Positions 9,041 to 24,076 are shown, numbered from the stretch's first letter. The stretch: DNA of 64,000 nt from Pyrinomonadaceae bacterium (GCA_036563455.1 DATCMK010000029.1:2396-66395), one strand, 5' to 3'. The notes: generated from the letters alone by a model not told the origin. Numbers and translations: made by a program.

Positions 9041-10480
9041 TTAATTGCCGGACAGACTATTGATGATTTTTTGACGATAGAGGTTTGCGTCTTTCTTTAT
9101 AACATTTTCGTCCAGGGTGAGCAAACGCCGGTCACGCATCACGACTTTACCATCGATTATGACGTGCCGCACGTCGTCCGCCTTGGTGGCGTAAACGAGA
9201 CTCGAATAGACGTTGTAAACCGGCGTTTGATTGAGGTTATCGAAATCGACTATACAGATGTCGGCGCGTTTTCCCGCTTCGAGTGAACCGATTAAGTTTT
9301 CTAAGTGGAGCGCCCGCGCGCCGCCGATCGTGGCCATCATAAAAGCCTGTTCGGCTGAGACGACCTTCGGGTCTTTCGCGAAAACCTTATGCAGCTTCGC
9401 CGCCGTGTCCATCTCTTCCCAGAGGCTCAGATCGTTGTTCGACGCCGCGCCGTCCGTGCCGAGGCCGAGTCGCATGTCTTTCGAAAGCATCGCCGGCACG
9501 GGCGCGACGCCGGCGGCGAGCTTCATGTTCGATTGCGGATTGTGCGCGATGCCGACGCCGCGCTGTTTCAAAATTTCGAGTTCCGCGTCGTTCGCCTGCA
9601 CGACGTGCGCGGCGATCGTCTTGTCCGACAGAAAACCGATCTTCTCGACGTATTCGATCGGGCGAACGCCCTGGTGTTTCTGCTGGATAAAGGCGGTTTC
9701 GGTTTCGGCTTCCGCGAGGTGAATGACGAGCGGCGCGTTCAGGCGATCGGACAGCGCGCGCGTCGCCAAAAGATGTTCCTCGGAAACCGTGTACGGCGCG
9801 TGCGGCGCGATCGCCGGCACGATCAGCGAATTGCCCTGCCATTTTTTGACGAATTTTTCGGTGTAGGCGAGCGCTTCGTCGAAAGTTTTATTGTCCGGCG
9901 CGGGAAAATCGATCAGCGTTTCGCCGAGCAAGCCGCGCACGCCCGCCTTGAAAGTCTCGTCGGCGATCGCGTCCTCGAAATAATACATGTCGCAGAACGT
10001 CGTCGTGCCGCCGCGAATGAATTCCGCCAATCCCAAACGCGTGCCGGCGCGCACGAATTCCTCGTTGACGTTTTTCGCTTCCGCCGGAAAAATGTATTTC
10101 GTGAGCCATTCCTGCAGATCGAGATCGTCGGCGATGCCGCGGTAAAGACTCATCGGCACGTGCGTGTGCGTGTTGATCAGGCCGGGAATGACGACCTTGC
10201 CCGCCGCGTCGATCGTCTGTTTGGCGCGCAAATTTTTCGTGACCGCCGCGCGCGTGCCGACGAGCGCGATCCTGCCGTCTTTGACGGCGACCGCGCCGTC
10301 TTCGATGAGACGCCGATCCTTGTCCATCGTGACGACGGTGCCGCCGACGATCAGCAGATCACAATTCCAATTTGGAACGTTTTTTTCAGGCAAAGGCTTA
10401 TTATTTTGAGCGAAAACGGACTGCGGGAAAATTAAAAGAAATGAAATAAAAACAACCGAATAAATTTTCAACTTTTCCAT
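9041..10480 (-). CDS. Amidohydrolase family metal-dependent hydrolase (nucleobase/nucleoside deaminase-like), secreted
   Basis: Contains the VIPGLINTHTHVPMSLYRG (HxH) motif and conserved downstream metal ligands typical of the MtaD/guanine-deaminase-like amidohydrolase superfamily. N-terminal signal peptide MEKLKIYSVVFISFLLIFPQSVFAQ. Confidence 0.7.
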   Translation of the reverse strand: MEKLKIYSVVFISFLLIFPQSVFAQNNKPLPEKNVPNWNCDLLIVGGTVVTMDKDRRLIEDGAVAVKDGRIALVGTRAAVTKNLRAKQTIDAAGKVVIPGLINTHTHVPMSLYRGIADDLDLQEWLTKYIFPAEAKNVNEEFVRAGTRLGLAEFIRGGTTTFCDMYYFEDAIADETFKAGVRGLLGETLIDFPAPDNKTFDEALAYTEKFVKKWQGNSLIVPAIAPHAPYTVSEEHLLATRALSDRLNAPLVIHLAEAETETAFIQQKHQGVRPIEYVEKIGFLSDKTIAAHVVQANDAELEILKQRGVGIAHNPQSNMKLAAGVAPVPAMLSKDMRLGLGTDGAASNNDLSLWEEMDTAAKLHKVFAKDPKVVSAEQAFMMATIGGARALHLENLIGSLEAGKRADICIVDFDNLNQTPVYNVYSSLVYATKADDVRHVIIDGKVVMRDRRLLTLDENVIKKDANLYRQKIINSLSGN

Positions 10481-10544
10481 AGCTGAATTTACTATAAAGT
10501 CGCCCGAAAAGGCAATATGAAATTTATCGGCGCATCATTTCAGT

Positions 10545-10943
10545 TTATTTCAAAAAATTCGCGTCGAACGCGCGCGGCAGCAGTTCGCTCATCTTTACGG
10601 TTTCGGTTTTCTCATTTAAATTCGACATAATGACCGGAATGTCGCCGCAAAACTCCCAGATGATCTGGCGGCACGCGCCGCACGGCGGCGTCAGTTCCTC
10701 CGTGTCGGCGACGACGGCGAGCCGCGCGAATTGCTTTTCGCCTTCGGAAATTGCCTTGAAGATCGCGACGCGCTCGGCGCACATCGTCAGCCCGTACGAC
10801 GCGTTTTCGACGTTGCAGCCCGTAACGACGTCGCCGCTTTCGGTTTCGAGCGCCGCGCCGACCTTAAAACCGGAAAACGGCGCGTGCGCCCGCGCGCGCA
10901 CCGCGCGCGCGGCTTCGATCAATTCTTGGTCAGTTTTTTCCAT
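10545..10943 (-). CDS. cdd: Cytidine deaminase
   Basis: Carries the CAERVAIF...PCGACRQ zinc-binding signature of the cytidine/deoxycytidylate deaminase family. Length 132 aa. Confidence 0.85.
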   Translation of the reverse strand: MEKTDQELIEAARAVRARAHAPFSGFKVGAALETESGDVVTGCNVENASYGLTMCAERVAIFKAISEGEKQFARLAVVADTEELTPPCGACRQIIWEFCGDIPVIMSNLNEKTETVKMSELLPRAFDANFLK

Positions 10944-11659
10944 TAAACAAAAATCTCTTTTTCGACGTTGCCGCTGATTTCCTCACGGATTTTGCTGCAG
11001 ATAAACTCGATGCCGACGTCGGTGTTCGCGCCTTCGGGGATGATGATGTCGGCGTGGCGCTTCGACGGCTCGACGAATTCCTGGTGCATCGGGCGAACGG
11101 TCGCGAAATACTGCGCGATGACCGATTCGACCGTGCGCCCGCGCTCGACGATGTCGCGCTGCAGACGGCGAATGAACCGGATGTCGTCGGGCGTGTCGAC
11201 GAACACGCGAAAGTCGAGCAGATCGAGCACGAGCGGCTCGGCGAAAATCAGAATTCCTTCCAAAACGATCACGGGCTTCGGTTCGAGGTGGATCGTTTCC
11301 TCGCTGCGGACGTGGTTTTTGTAATCGTAAACCGGCATTTCGATCGATTGCCCCTGTTTGAGCCGCTTGAGGTGATTGACGAGCATGCCGTTGTCGAACG
11401 CGTCGACGTGGTCGAAGTTCGCCTGGTGACGTTCATCGAGCGGCATGTCCGCCAGGTTTCGATAATACGAGTCCTGTTCGACGAGAATGACGTTGTCGCT
11501 GCCGACCGAATCGATGATGCGCCGCGCCAGCGTCGTTTTTCCCGAACCCGTTCCTCCGCAAATTCCGATAATCATTAAATTTGACCCTTGATTTTTGGTC
11601 TTCGATTTTTGACCGGACGCTTTTCGCAGAAACGTCGAGGGTCGAGAATCAAAGATCAA
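10943..11659 (-). CDS. udk: Uridine kinase. The start is uncertain; the internal Met at MIIGICGG is an alternative.
   Basis: P-loop IGICGGTGSGKTT and the uridine/cytidine kinase fold. The ORF track start overlaps the upstream PNP stop by 4 nt (ATGA coupling). The true start may be roughly 28 codons downstream. Confidence 0.8.
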   Translation of the reverse strand: MIFDSRPSTFLRKASGQKSKTKNQGSNLMIIGICGGTGSGKTTLARRIIDSVGSDNVILVEQDSYYRNLADMPLDERHQANFDHVDAFDNGMLVNHLKRLKQGQSIEMPVYDYKNHVRSEETIHLEPKPVIVLEGILIFAEPLVLDLLDFRVFVDTPDDIRFIRRLQRDIVERGRTVESVIAQYFATVRPMHQEFVEPSKRHADIIIPEGANTDVGIEFICSKIREEISGNVEKEIFV

Positions 11660-12513
11660 GCGATTTTTGCGATAACTCTCCGCAATAACTCTTTAAAGAT
11701 ACCCGCCACGCGCGCGCCGGTTTCCATCACTTCGGCGTGGTTTATCAAACCGCCGCTCATGCCCGCGGCGAGATTCGTGATGCAGGAAACGCCCAATACT
11801 TTCATGCCCTGATGGCGCGCCGCAATCGCTTCCGGGACGGTCGACATGCCGACCGCGTCGGCGCCGATCATTCGAAAAACACGAATCTCGGCGGGCGTTT
11901 CGTACGTCGGGCCGGACAGCGCGCAGTACACGCCGCGCCACATGAAACGATTAAATTCCTTATCGACGCCGGCCGCGAATCGCTCATCGGCGATCGCCAT
12001 CGCTTCGTCGTAAACGACGTTTTGTAAAGCCTTATCGTAAACTTCGGTCATGTCGGGAAACCGCGGGCCGAAACGCTCGTCGTTCGCGCCGCGCAGCGGG
12101 TTCGCGCCCATGAAATTGATGTGATCGCGAATCAGCATCAAACTGCCGGGTCGCAGGCTCGTTCGCACGCTGCCCGCCGCGTTCGTCAGAATGACTTTTT
12201 CGATTCCCAAAAGACCGAAAACGCGCATCGGAAACATGACCTGCTCCATGTCGTAGCCTTCGTAAAAATGAAACCGCCCCTGTTGCACGGCGACCGACAC
12301 GCCGCCGACTTCGCCCAACACCAATTGTCCGGCGTGTCCTTCGACCGTCGACCGCGCGAAATGCGGAATTTCTTCGTAAGGAATCCGCACGGCGTTTTCC
12401 AGTTCATCGGCGAAGGCGCCCAAACCGCTGCCCAAAACCAGCGCGATTTTTATCTCTTTATCATACTTCGAGCGGATAAACTCCGCCGCTTCCAATGCTT
12501 TTTCGTAGCTCAT
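11656..12513 (-). CDS. punA: Purine nucleoside phosphorylase (family-1 trimeric type)
   Basis: Motifs ALVLGSGLG, VGMSTVPEA and GVSCITN match PNP/MTAP family 1. The ORF track begins at a TTG (12528); I chose the in-frame ATG at about 12513 (MSYEKALEAAEF..). Confidence 0.8.
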   Translation of the reverse strand: MSYEKALEAAEFIRSKYDKEIKIALVLGSGLGAFADELENAVRIPYEEIPHFARSTVEGHAGQLVLGEVGGVSVAVQQGRFHFYEGYDMEQVMFPMRVFGLLGIEKVILTNAAGSVRTSLRPGSLMLIRDHINFMGANPLRGANDERFGPRFPDMTEVYDKALQNVVYDEAMAIADERFAAGVDKEFNRFMWRGVYCALSGPTYETPAEIRVFRMIGADAVGMSTVPEAIAARHQGMKVLGVSCITNLAAGMSGGLINHAEVMETGARVAGIFKELLRRVIAKIA

Positions 12514-12618
12514 ATCTAAGTCAAACAACTCAATTAAGGGAATTATTTTTTACCACACAGGCAAGGCTTTGAGGAAATTGGGAAATGAAGTTTGGGAGAA
12601 ATAAAACGAATAAAGCCG

Positions 12619-13539
12619 TTAATGCAGCGATCTTTTTTTGATCATGCCGCCGCGCGTGTCGTTGATTGTGTGCTGAATGACGAAGGCGTCGGCGTCGATT
12701 TTATCGATTTCGACGATCAGGCGCTGCACTTCGAGGCGCGTTACGACCGCGAAAAGGATTTTTCTTTCGCCTTCGACCAAACCGCGTTTGCCGTAGCCGC
12801 CGATGCCTTTATAAACCGTCACGGCTCTGCCGAGATTATTGACGATCGACTCCTTGATCTTGTCGGCTTTGTCGGAAACGATCGTCACGCCGATGTATTC
12901 TTCGATTCCCGCGATGATGAAATCGATCGTTTTCGAAGCGGAAAAATAAGTCAGCATCGAATAAAGCGCCGTTTCGAGATTGACCAGAAAAACGGCTGCC
13001 GTAAAAAGCAGGACGTTGAACAGCGCGATGAAATCGCCGACCGAAAGGCTCGAATGGCGGCTGATCCAGACCGCCAAAACTTCCGTCCCGTCGATCACCG
13101 CGCCGCCGCGCATCGCCAGGCCGATGCCCGCGCCGAGAAAGAATCCGCCGAAGACGGCGATCAGCAAACGATCGTGCGTCAGTTCCGGAATTTCGACGAA
13201 GTGGACGACGACCGCGAAACCCGCGACCGCGAAAAACGTCTTGACCGCGAAAGATTTCGAGACCTGCCGCCAGCCGATATAGATCAGCGGCAGATTGATG
13301 AGCATGATCAAAACGGAAATATCGAACTGCGTGACGCGGTTGATGAGCAGCGAAATTCCGGTCGCGCCCCCGTCGAGCAAGCCTTCCGGCAGCAAAAAGC
13401 CCTTCAGGCCGAACGTCGCCGCCGCGATTCCGGCGCCGATCAAAAAGGAGTTTTTGACATGTGTCCAGAACGCCAAACGCTGGAGTCTCTGGGTCTCTCT
13501 GGTTTCGGTATCGTGGATCTGCGGATTTTTTTCGGTCAT
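12619..13539 (-). CDS. YitT family membrane protein (DUF161/DUF2179)
   Basis: Polytopic membrane N-terminal region plus a C-terminal DUF2179-like domain (..VYKGIGGYGKRG..), typical of YitT/YqfU. Confidence 0.65.
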   Translation of the reverse strand: MTEKNPQIHDTETRETQRLQRLAFWTHVKNSFLIGAGIAAATFGLKGFLLPEGLLDGGATGISLLINRVTQFDISVLIMLINLPLIYIGWRQVSKSFAVKTFFAVAGFAVVVHFVEIPELTHDRLLIAVFGGFFLGAGIGLAMRGGAVIDGTEVLAVWISRHSSLSVGDFIALFNVLLFTAAVFLVNLETALYSMLTYFSASKTIDFIIAGIEEYIGVTIVSDKADKIKESIVNNLGRAVTVYKGIGGYGKRGLVEGERKILFAVVTRLEVQRLIVEIDKIDADAFVIQHTINDTRGGMIKKRSLH

Positions 13540-13549
13540 TAATTGGAAG

Positions 13550-14455
<906 letters not shown>

Positions 14456-14464
14456 AAGTAAGAA

Positions 14465-14492
14465 GTCAGTAGTCAGTAGTCAGTAGTCAGTA
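14465..14492. repeat. Tandem heptamer repeat (GTCAGTA)x4 in the 78-bp spacer between the two permease genes
   Basis: Read directly: gtcagtagtcagtagtcagtagtcagta. Confidence 0.85.
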
Positions 14493-14533
14493 AAAACCAG
14501 TTTTTATGCTGAGGGCTGACTGCAGTGAGCCGA

Positions 14534-15640
14534 TTACTTTTTCGAAAACCTTTGAAGTGAAGCCACGAATAAAATAACGATCGCCTGCAAAACCTCAACC
14601 AAATCTTTGGAAACGTGTTCGGTAAAGGCGTCAACGAAAATGCCGCCGCGCGACAAAATTGCGAAAAATATCGCGGCGAGAAAGACTCCGAGCGGGTGAT
14701 TCCGACCGAGAAGCGCGACCGCGATTCCGAGAAAACCGACCTCGCCCGAAAAATCGTGATAGTAAAGATAGCGGTTGCCGAGCACCTCGCCGATCGCGAC
14801 CATCCCCGCCAAAGCGCCGGAAATCGTCATCGCGATGATGATCTGTTTGCGCGGCGAAATTCCGCCGTACTCCGCCGCCGAAGCATTTTGCCCGACCGCG
14901 CGCAGCTCGTAGCCCCATTTGGTTTTCCATAAAAAGACGTAAACCAGCACGCACATCAAAATCGCGATCAGAAACGCGACGCTGAGCGGCACGAAAGCCG
15001 ACATGCCCGGGATGAACTGGCTGATGCGCGGAATCTGCGCCGCCGCGCCGATCGGCGCGGTCTGCAGAATCGGATCGCCCGGCACTTTGTAGTAATACTG
15101 CGTGAAATAGCTGACCAGCGAGATGGCGATGAAGTTCAGCATGATGGTGTTGATGACTTCGTGCGAACCGAACTTTGCTTTCAGGAATCCGGGAATCGCG
15201 CCCCATAAACCGCCGACCGCCATCGCCGTCAAAATGCATAAAGGAACCAGCAGAAAAGCCGGAAGCGACGCCCACGACCAGTTTTCCTGCGTGCCGGCGA
15301 CGTCGACGATCGTGCCGCCGAATTTGATGCCGACCCAGGCGGTCGCGAACGACGCGACGTAGAGCTGCCCTTCCGCGCCGATGTTCAGAAGCCCGCAGCG
15401 AAACGCCACGGCGACCGCCAGCCCCGTGAAAATCAGCGGCGTGGCGATAAAGAGCGTGTAACCGAAACTGTCCAGAGAATTAAAAGAATTTCCGATTAAT
15501 TCGGCATACGCCCGAAACGGGTTGTCGCCGATCAGCAGAACGATGATGCCGCCGACGACGAGCGCCGCAATAACCGCGACGAGAGGCGAAATTATTTCAC
15601 GAAGTATGTTCATTTTTACAAAATTAGCCGCGCGTCTCAT
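14534..15640 (-). CDS. ABC transporter permease (RnsC/YufP-like). The start may be the internal Met (MNILREI..).
   Basis: Multi-pass permease paired with 13550..14455. The N-terminal 9 codons are encoded by an AATTAGCCGCG-like sequence. Confidence 0.75.
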   Translation of the reverse strand: MRRAANFVKMNILREIISPLVAVIAALVVGGIIVLLIGDNPFRAYAELIGNSFNSLDSFGYTLFIATPLIFTGLAVAVAFRCGLLNIGAEGQLYVASFATAWVGIKFGGTIVDVAGTQENWSWASLPAFLLVPLCILTAMAVGGLWGAIPGFLKAKFGSHEVINTIMLNFIAISLVSYFTQYYYKVPGDPILQTAPIGAAAQIPRISQFIPGMSAFVPLSVAFLIAILMCVLVYVFLWKTKWGYELRAVGQNASAAEYGGISPRKQIIIAMTISGALAGMVAIGEVLGNRYLYYHDFSGEVGFLGIAVALLGRNHPLGVFLAAIFFAILSRGGIFVDAFTEHVSKDLVEVLQAIVILFVASLQRFSKK

Positions 15641-15787
15641 ACGTTAAAAAAGCGAATGTATCAAGATGTTGGGGCTTAGATTTTTGGAAAGAGACTCTCG
15701 CTAAATATAACCGACGAGGGCTTAAGGTGTCATCTGAGAAGGATGAAAAGTTAATTTTTTACGGATTCAAAATTTTTTGTAAAAAGA

Positions 15788-15817
15788 CTTGACAAGAAGG
15801 CACTCAAGTTTTATTAT
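15788..15817 (+). promoter_or_regulatory. Sigma70-type promoter (TTGACA-17-TATTAT) overlapped by a HAIR-like inverted repeat CTTGACA-N7-ACTCAAG (HspR-type operator) upstream of hsp20
   Basis: cTTGACAagaaggcACTCAAGttTTATTATgg. The -35 and -10 hexamers are near-consensus with a 17-bp spacer. The IR matches the HAIR consensus CTTGAGT-N7-ACTCAAG at 13 of 14 positions. Confidence 0.6.
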
Positions 15818-15822
15818 GGTTT

Positions 15823-15853
15823 CAGACTACAATTTATTTATAAATCTAGTCTG
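15823..15853 (+). promoter_or_regulatory. Near-perfect 31-bp palindrome CAGACTAcaatttatttataaatcTAGTCTG at or just after the predicted TSS of hsp20 (operator or 5'-UTR hairpin)
   Basis: Read directly. It lies between the -10 box and the SD (AGGAGG at about 15871). Confidence 0.5.
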
Positions 15854-15885
15854 AATAAATCAAACATTTTAGGAGGAAACATACA

Positions 15886-16395
15886 ATGAACATCATCAAA
15901 TACGACCCTTTTCGTGAAATGCGCAGTTTGCAGGATGAAGTGAACCGTCTGTTTGCTTCAAGTTTCTCGCGCGGCAGCAGCAGTGAAAGCGATTTAATGC
16001 GCGGCGCGTGGACGCCGAGCGTCGACATCTTCGAAAACCAGAACGAAATCGTGCTCGAGGCGGAATTGCCGGGCATGAAACCGGAAGACGTCAATATTTC
16101 GATCGAAAACAACGTTCTGACGATTCACGGCGAACGCAAATTCGAAAAGAAAGACGAAGGCGATAATTTCCATCGCGTCGAACGTTCCTACGGCGGCTTT
16201 ACGCGCTCGTTCACGCTGCCGCCGACCGTTTCGAGCGAAAACGCGAACGCCGAATTCGAAAACGGCGTCCTGCGCTTAACGCTCGCCAAACGCGAGGAAG
16301 CCAAGCCGCGCCGCATCGAAATCAAAGCGACCGGCGGCGGTTCGCAGCCGAAAACGATCGACACAAAAGCCAAATCGGACACGGCTAACGCATAA
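15886..16395 (+). CDS. Hsp20/alpha-crystallin family small heat shock protein
   Basis: The alpha-crystallin domain is present (..WTPSVDIFENQNEIVLEAELPGMKPEDVNISIENNVLTIHGER..) with a strong SD. Confidence 0.9.
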   Translation: MNIIKYDPFREMRSLQDEVNRLFASSFSRGSSSESDLMRGAWTPSVDIFENQNEIVLEAELPGMKPEDVNISIENNVLTIHGERKFEKKDEGDNFHRVERSYGGFTRSFTLPPTVSSENANAEFENGVLRLTLAKREEAKPRRIEIKATGGGSQPKTIDTKAKSDTANA

Positions 16396-16498
16396 CAAAT
16401 GTAAGGGCGACGGCTTGTCCTCGCCCGTTCGTTTCTTAATGAACAATCAGCGGGCGACCACAAGGGTTCGCCCCTACAATTTTACGGATTTATAAAAA

Positions 16499-19096
<2,598 letters not shown>

Positions 19097-19100
19097 AGAT

Positions 19101-19190
19101 TTTTAGCCGCGAACAAACACGAAAGGGCGCGAAATTTTCATGTTTGAAGTTAGATTAATTCGTGAAGTTTCGTGTTTGTTCGCGGCTGAT
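19101..19190. repeat. Family-1 palindromic intergenic element (copy a), immediately after the clpB stop
   Basis: ttttAGCCGCGAACAAACACGAAA...TTTCGTGTTTGTTCGCGGCTgat, with arms of about 20 bp perfect. Confidence 0.85.
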
Positions 19191-19250
19191 TTTTCCCAAA
19201 AGATAAATGGTTTGTTAGACTAAAACCTTACGATCTATTTATCGAAATTT

Positions 19251-19910
19251 ATGAGTTGGTTTAATAAAAAAAAGATGAACGAGAAAGATTTTAATAACGA
19301 AGAAATATTAGAAGATATTTTGGAAGAAAACGACGGTCAGGAAAGCGGCTTCGATTCGGAAGCGCCGAAACAGCAGGTCAAATCGATGCGCGAAACCGAG
19401 CTTGAAAACAAGCTGAAAGCCGAAACCGAGCGGCGCGAAGCGGCCGAAGCCAAACTCGTCGGCGTGCAGACGAAGTTCGAAGAAATCAAAACGCAGATGG
19501 AGCGCGAGACGCAGGAAATGCGCGGACGCATGCAGAAAACGCTCGAAGACCGCGCTAAACAGGGTCAGTTCAGCTTTTTGACGACGCTGCTGCCCGTTTT
19601 GGACAACTTGAACTTGGCGATCGATCACGCCGAAAAAGATTCGTCGCTCGAACATCTTTTGGGCGGGGTCAAAGGCACGGCGCGCTCGTTCGAGCAGGCG
19701 CTGATAAGCGTCGGCGTCGAGCCGGTCAAGTCGATCGGCGAGGAATTCAATCCCGAATTCCACGAGGCGGTCGATATGGTCGCGGTCGAACCGGAAAACG
19801 ACGGACGCATCACGGCGGAATATTCGCGCGGCTATCGTTTCGGCGACCGGCTGCTGCGTCCGGCGCGCGTGCAGGTCGGAAAAGCGATGGCGCAAACCGC
19901 CGGCGAATGA
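19251..19910 (+). CDS. grpE: Nucleotide exchange factor GrpE
   Basis: Coiled-coil N-terminus plus the GrpE C-terminal domain (..LLPVLDNLNLAIDHA.., ..HEAVDMVAVEPEN..). Confidence 0.85.
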   Translation: MSWFNKKKMNEKDFNNEEILEDILEENDGQESGFDSEAPKQQVKSMRETELENKLKAETERREAAEAKLVGVQTKFEEIKTQMERETQEMRGRMQKTLEDRAKQGQFSFLTTLLPVLDNLNLAIDHAEKDSSLEHLLGGVKGTARSFEQALISVGVEPVKSIGEEFNPEFHEAVDMVAVEPENDGRITAEYSRGYRFGDRLLRPARVQVGKAMAQTAGE

Positions 19911-19914
19911 TCTT

Positions 19915-20226
19915 ATGACCGCGAAAATTCCGCTCGCCTGTCGCCTGACCGATAAAGAGCTGCAGGCGCGACGAAAAAACTATCTCGATAAAGCCGCCGA
20001 ATCGCTGATCGATTCGGCGGAACTGTCTGACGGGTTCGTTTATCGTTTCCCGCTCCGCGACTCGACGCTCCGGGATTTGGCCGAGATCATCGAGCTCGAG
20101 CGAAAATGCTGCCCGTTTTTGAACTTCCGGCTGATCGTGAACGCCGGCGACGATTTCGTTTCGCTCGAGCTGACCGGCGCGGAAGGAACGAAAGAGATCG
20201 TCGAATCGCTATTTAACTGGAATTGA
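19915..20226 (+). CDS. Hypothetical small protein (103 aa, conserved CC pair), tightly coupled to grpE
   Basis: Starts 4 nt after the grpE stop. GC3-rich coding signal. No family recognised. Confidence 0.45.
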   Translation: MTAKIPLACRLTDKELQARRKNYLDKAAESLIDSAELSDGFVYRFPLRDSTLRDLAEIIELERKCCPFLNFRLIVNAGDDFVSLELTGAEGTKEIVESLFNWN

Positions 20227-20798
20227 AACACCTTTTGAAAATTACCGCCTTTACGGGGCTGAGCCTCGCCTTTTCGCTGACGTTGATCGCTTCGGGCTGC
20301 CGAACCGCGCCGGAAACGAAAACGGAAAATGCGAGCGCGCCGCCCGCTTCGGTGCAGCCCGCCGGAACGCCGCCGCGCGTTTCTCCGATATCCGTCCAGA
20401 CAATTCCGATCGACGTCCCGCGACTCGCCGGTAAATCCATCGACGAGCTCGATGAAGTTTTCGGCGCGCCGGAGGAAGCGAGTTCGATCGAGAGCGGCGG
20501 CGAGTTTCGTTTGTACCGGATCGGCGGGCAAAGCAAGGGCTTGGCGGTTCGCTTTTACGGCAAACGGGCGAAAAGTTTCAATTTGATTTTGGACGAACCC
20601 GTTTCGACGTCGCAATCGGCATTGAAACAAATTTTTAATATCGATGTCGGCGAATCCGCGCCGCTCAAAGACGCCCGGGAGCCGTTGACGGACGTTTACC
20701 GCGGCGTTTTCGGCGGCGTGAAGTTTAAAAAAGTTTCCGCCAAAAAACAGGAAAACGGAAAGGGATACATCTTCGTCCTCGCCGAGGTCGGGGAATAA
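20223..20798 (+). CDS. Hypothetical lipoprotein (TTG start, lipobox LIASGC)
   Basis: The TTG start overlaps the upstream stop. Signal peptide plus Cys lipobox. No family recognised. Confidence 0.5.
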   Translation: MKHLLKITAFTGLSLAFSLTLIASGCRTAPETKTENASAPPASVQPAGTPPRVSPISVQTIPIDVPRLAGKSIDELDEVFGAPEEASSIESGGEFRLYRIGGQSKGLAVRFYGKRAKSFNLILDEPVSTSQSALKQIFNIDVGESAPLKDAREPLTDVYRGVFGGVKFKKVSAKKQENGKGYIFVLAEVGE

Positions 20799-20955
20799 AC
20801 CTTTCAAGCGAAAGAATTTACCGCTCGGAAGCCCGTTATTTTCGGCTTTTCCCGAAAAAACTTTCAGCAAACGGTCGGCGAAATGATATGATATTTAAGG
20901 CAGAACGGACATGCTTTTCGGCATCAAAGTCTTAGTTTTAACAAGAGAGAAATAT

Positions 20956-23235
<2,280 letters not shown>

Positions 23236-23254
23236 ATTACAAATAATCTTGTCA

Positions 23255-23295
23255 AAAAAGGCTCAAACGAAGTATTATCGTTTGAGCCTTTTCTC
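23255..23295 (+). terminator. Rho-independent terminator after the ClpA/C-like gene
   Basis: aaaaaaGGCTCAAACGaagtattatCGTTTGAGCCttttctcg, a stem followed by a T-run. Confidence 0.7.
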
Positions 23296-23322
23296 GTTTC
23301 GAGAAAGAATCCCCAAAATAAT

Positions 23323-23997
23323 ATGATCAAACAAAACTCAATGCTCCGCCTGTTTTTTCTGTGTTTATTTTTCGCTTTTCCGACCGCCGCGCAGGCGCAG
23401 GAAATTTCCTTCAATTATTTTTACCGATTCGGTCGCGTCGAGGCGGACGAAGCGCCGCGCATCAACGGCGTCGACATCGATTATCCGGAAACGGCGCGCA
23501 AAAACGGAGTCGAAGGCACGCTGAAGGCCAGTTTGGTACTCGGCGAAGACGGCAAGGTTCGAGACATCAAGATTTTGCAAACCCTGCCGCACGGCGTCGA
23601 ACCGGCGGTCATGAAGGGCTTGCAGGGCTTGTATTTCGTGCCGGCGAAGCTCGAAGGAAAGTCGGTCGCGATTCCGATGGAATTCGATTTCGTCGTGACG
23701 GCCGTTTACGGCGAAGAAGACAAAAACGTCGCCAAACCGAAAATCCTCGAAAAGCCCGCGCCGGTTTATCCCGCCAAATACGCGGCGGAAAAAGTAAAGG
23801 GCAAGGTTCTCGTCAGCGTCTTATTTTTCGCCGACGGAAAGGTCAAGGTTTTGGGCGCCCAAAGCTCGATGCCGAAGGAATTCGACAAAGCCGCCATCGA
23901 AGCCGCCGGGAAAATTCGTTTTCTGCCCGCCGCGCACAAGAAAAGCAAGGCGGACGTCGCCCAGAAAATGATGGTCGAATACGACTTTAAGCCGTAA
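23323..23997 (+). CDS. Secreted protein with two tandem TonB C-terminal-like domains
   Basis: Signal peptide MIKQNSMLRLFFLCLFFAFPTAAQA. Two TonB_C-like repeats (..DYPETARKNGVEGTLKASLVLGEDGKV.. and ..PVYPAKYAAEKVKGKVLVSVLFFADGKV..). Confidence 0.6.
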   Translation: MIKQNSMLRLFFLCLFFAFPTAAQAQEISFNYFYRFGRVEADEAPRINGVDIDYPETARKNGVEGTLKASLVLGEDGKVRDIKILQTLPHGVEPAVMKGLQGLYFVPAKLEGKSVAIPMEFDFVVTAVYGEEDKNVAKPKILEKPAPVYPAKYAAEKVKGKVLVSVLFFADGKVKVLGAQSSMPKEFDKAAIEAAGKIRFLPAAHKKSKADVAQKMMVEYDFKP

Positions 23998-24076
23998 TTT
24001 TTTCGCGCCCGATCGAACCAAAAACAACTTCTCGCATCAAAGGCTTTAGTGGTAAAATCCCTAAAGCCTTTTTACT

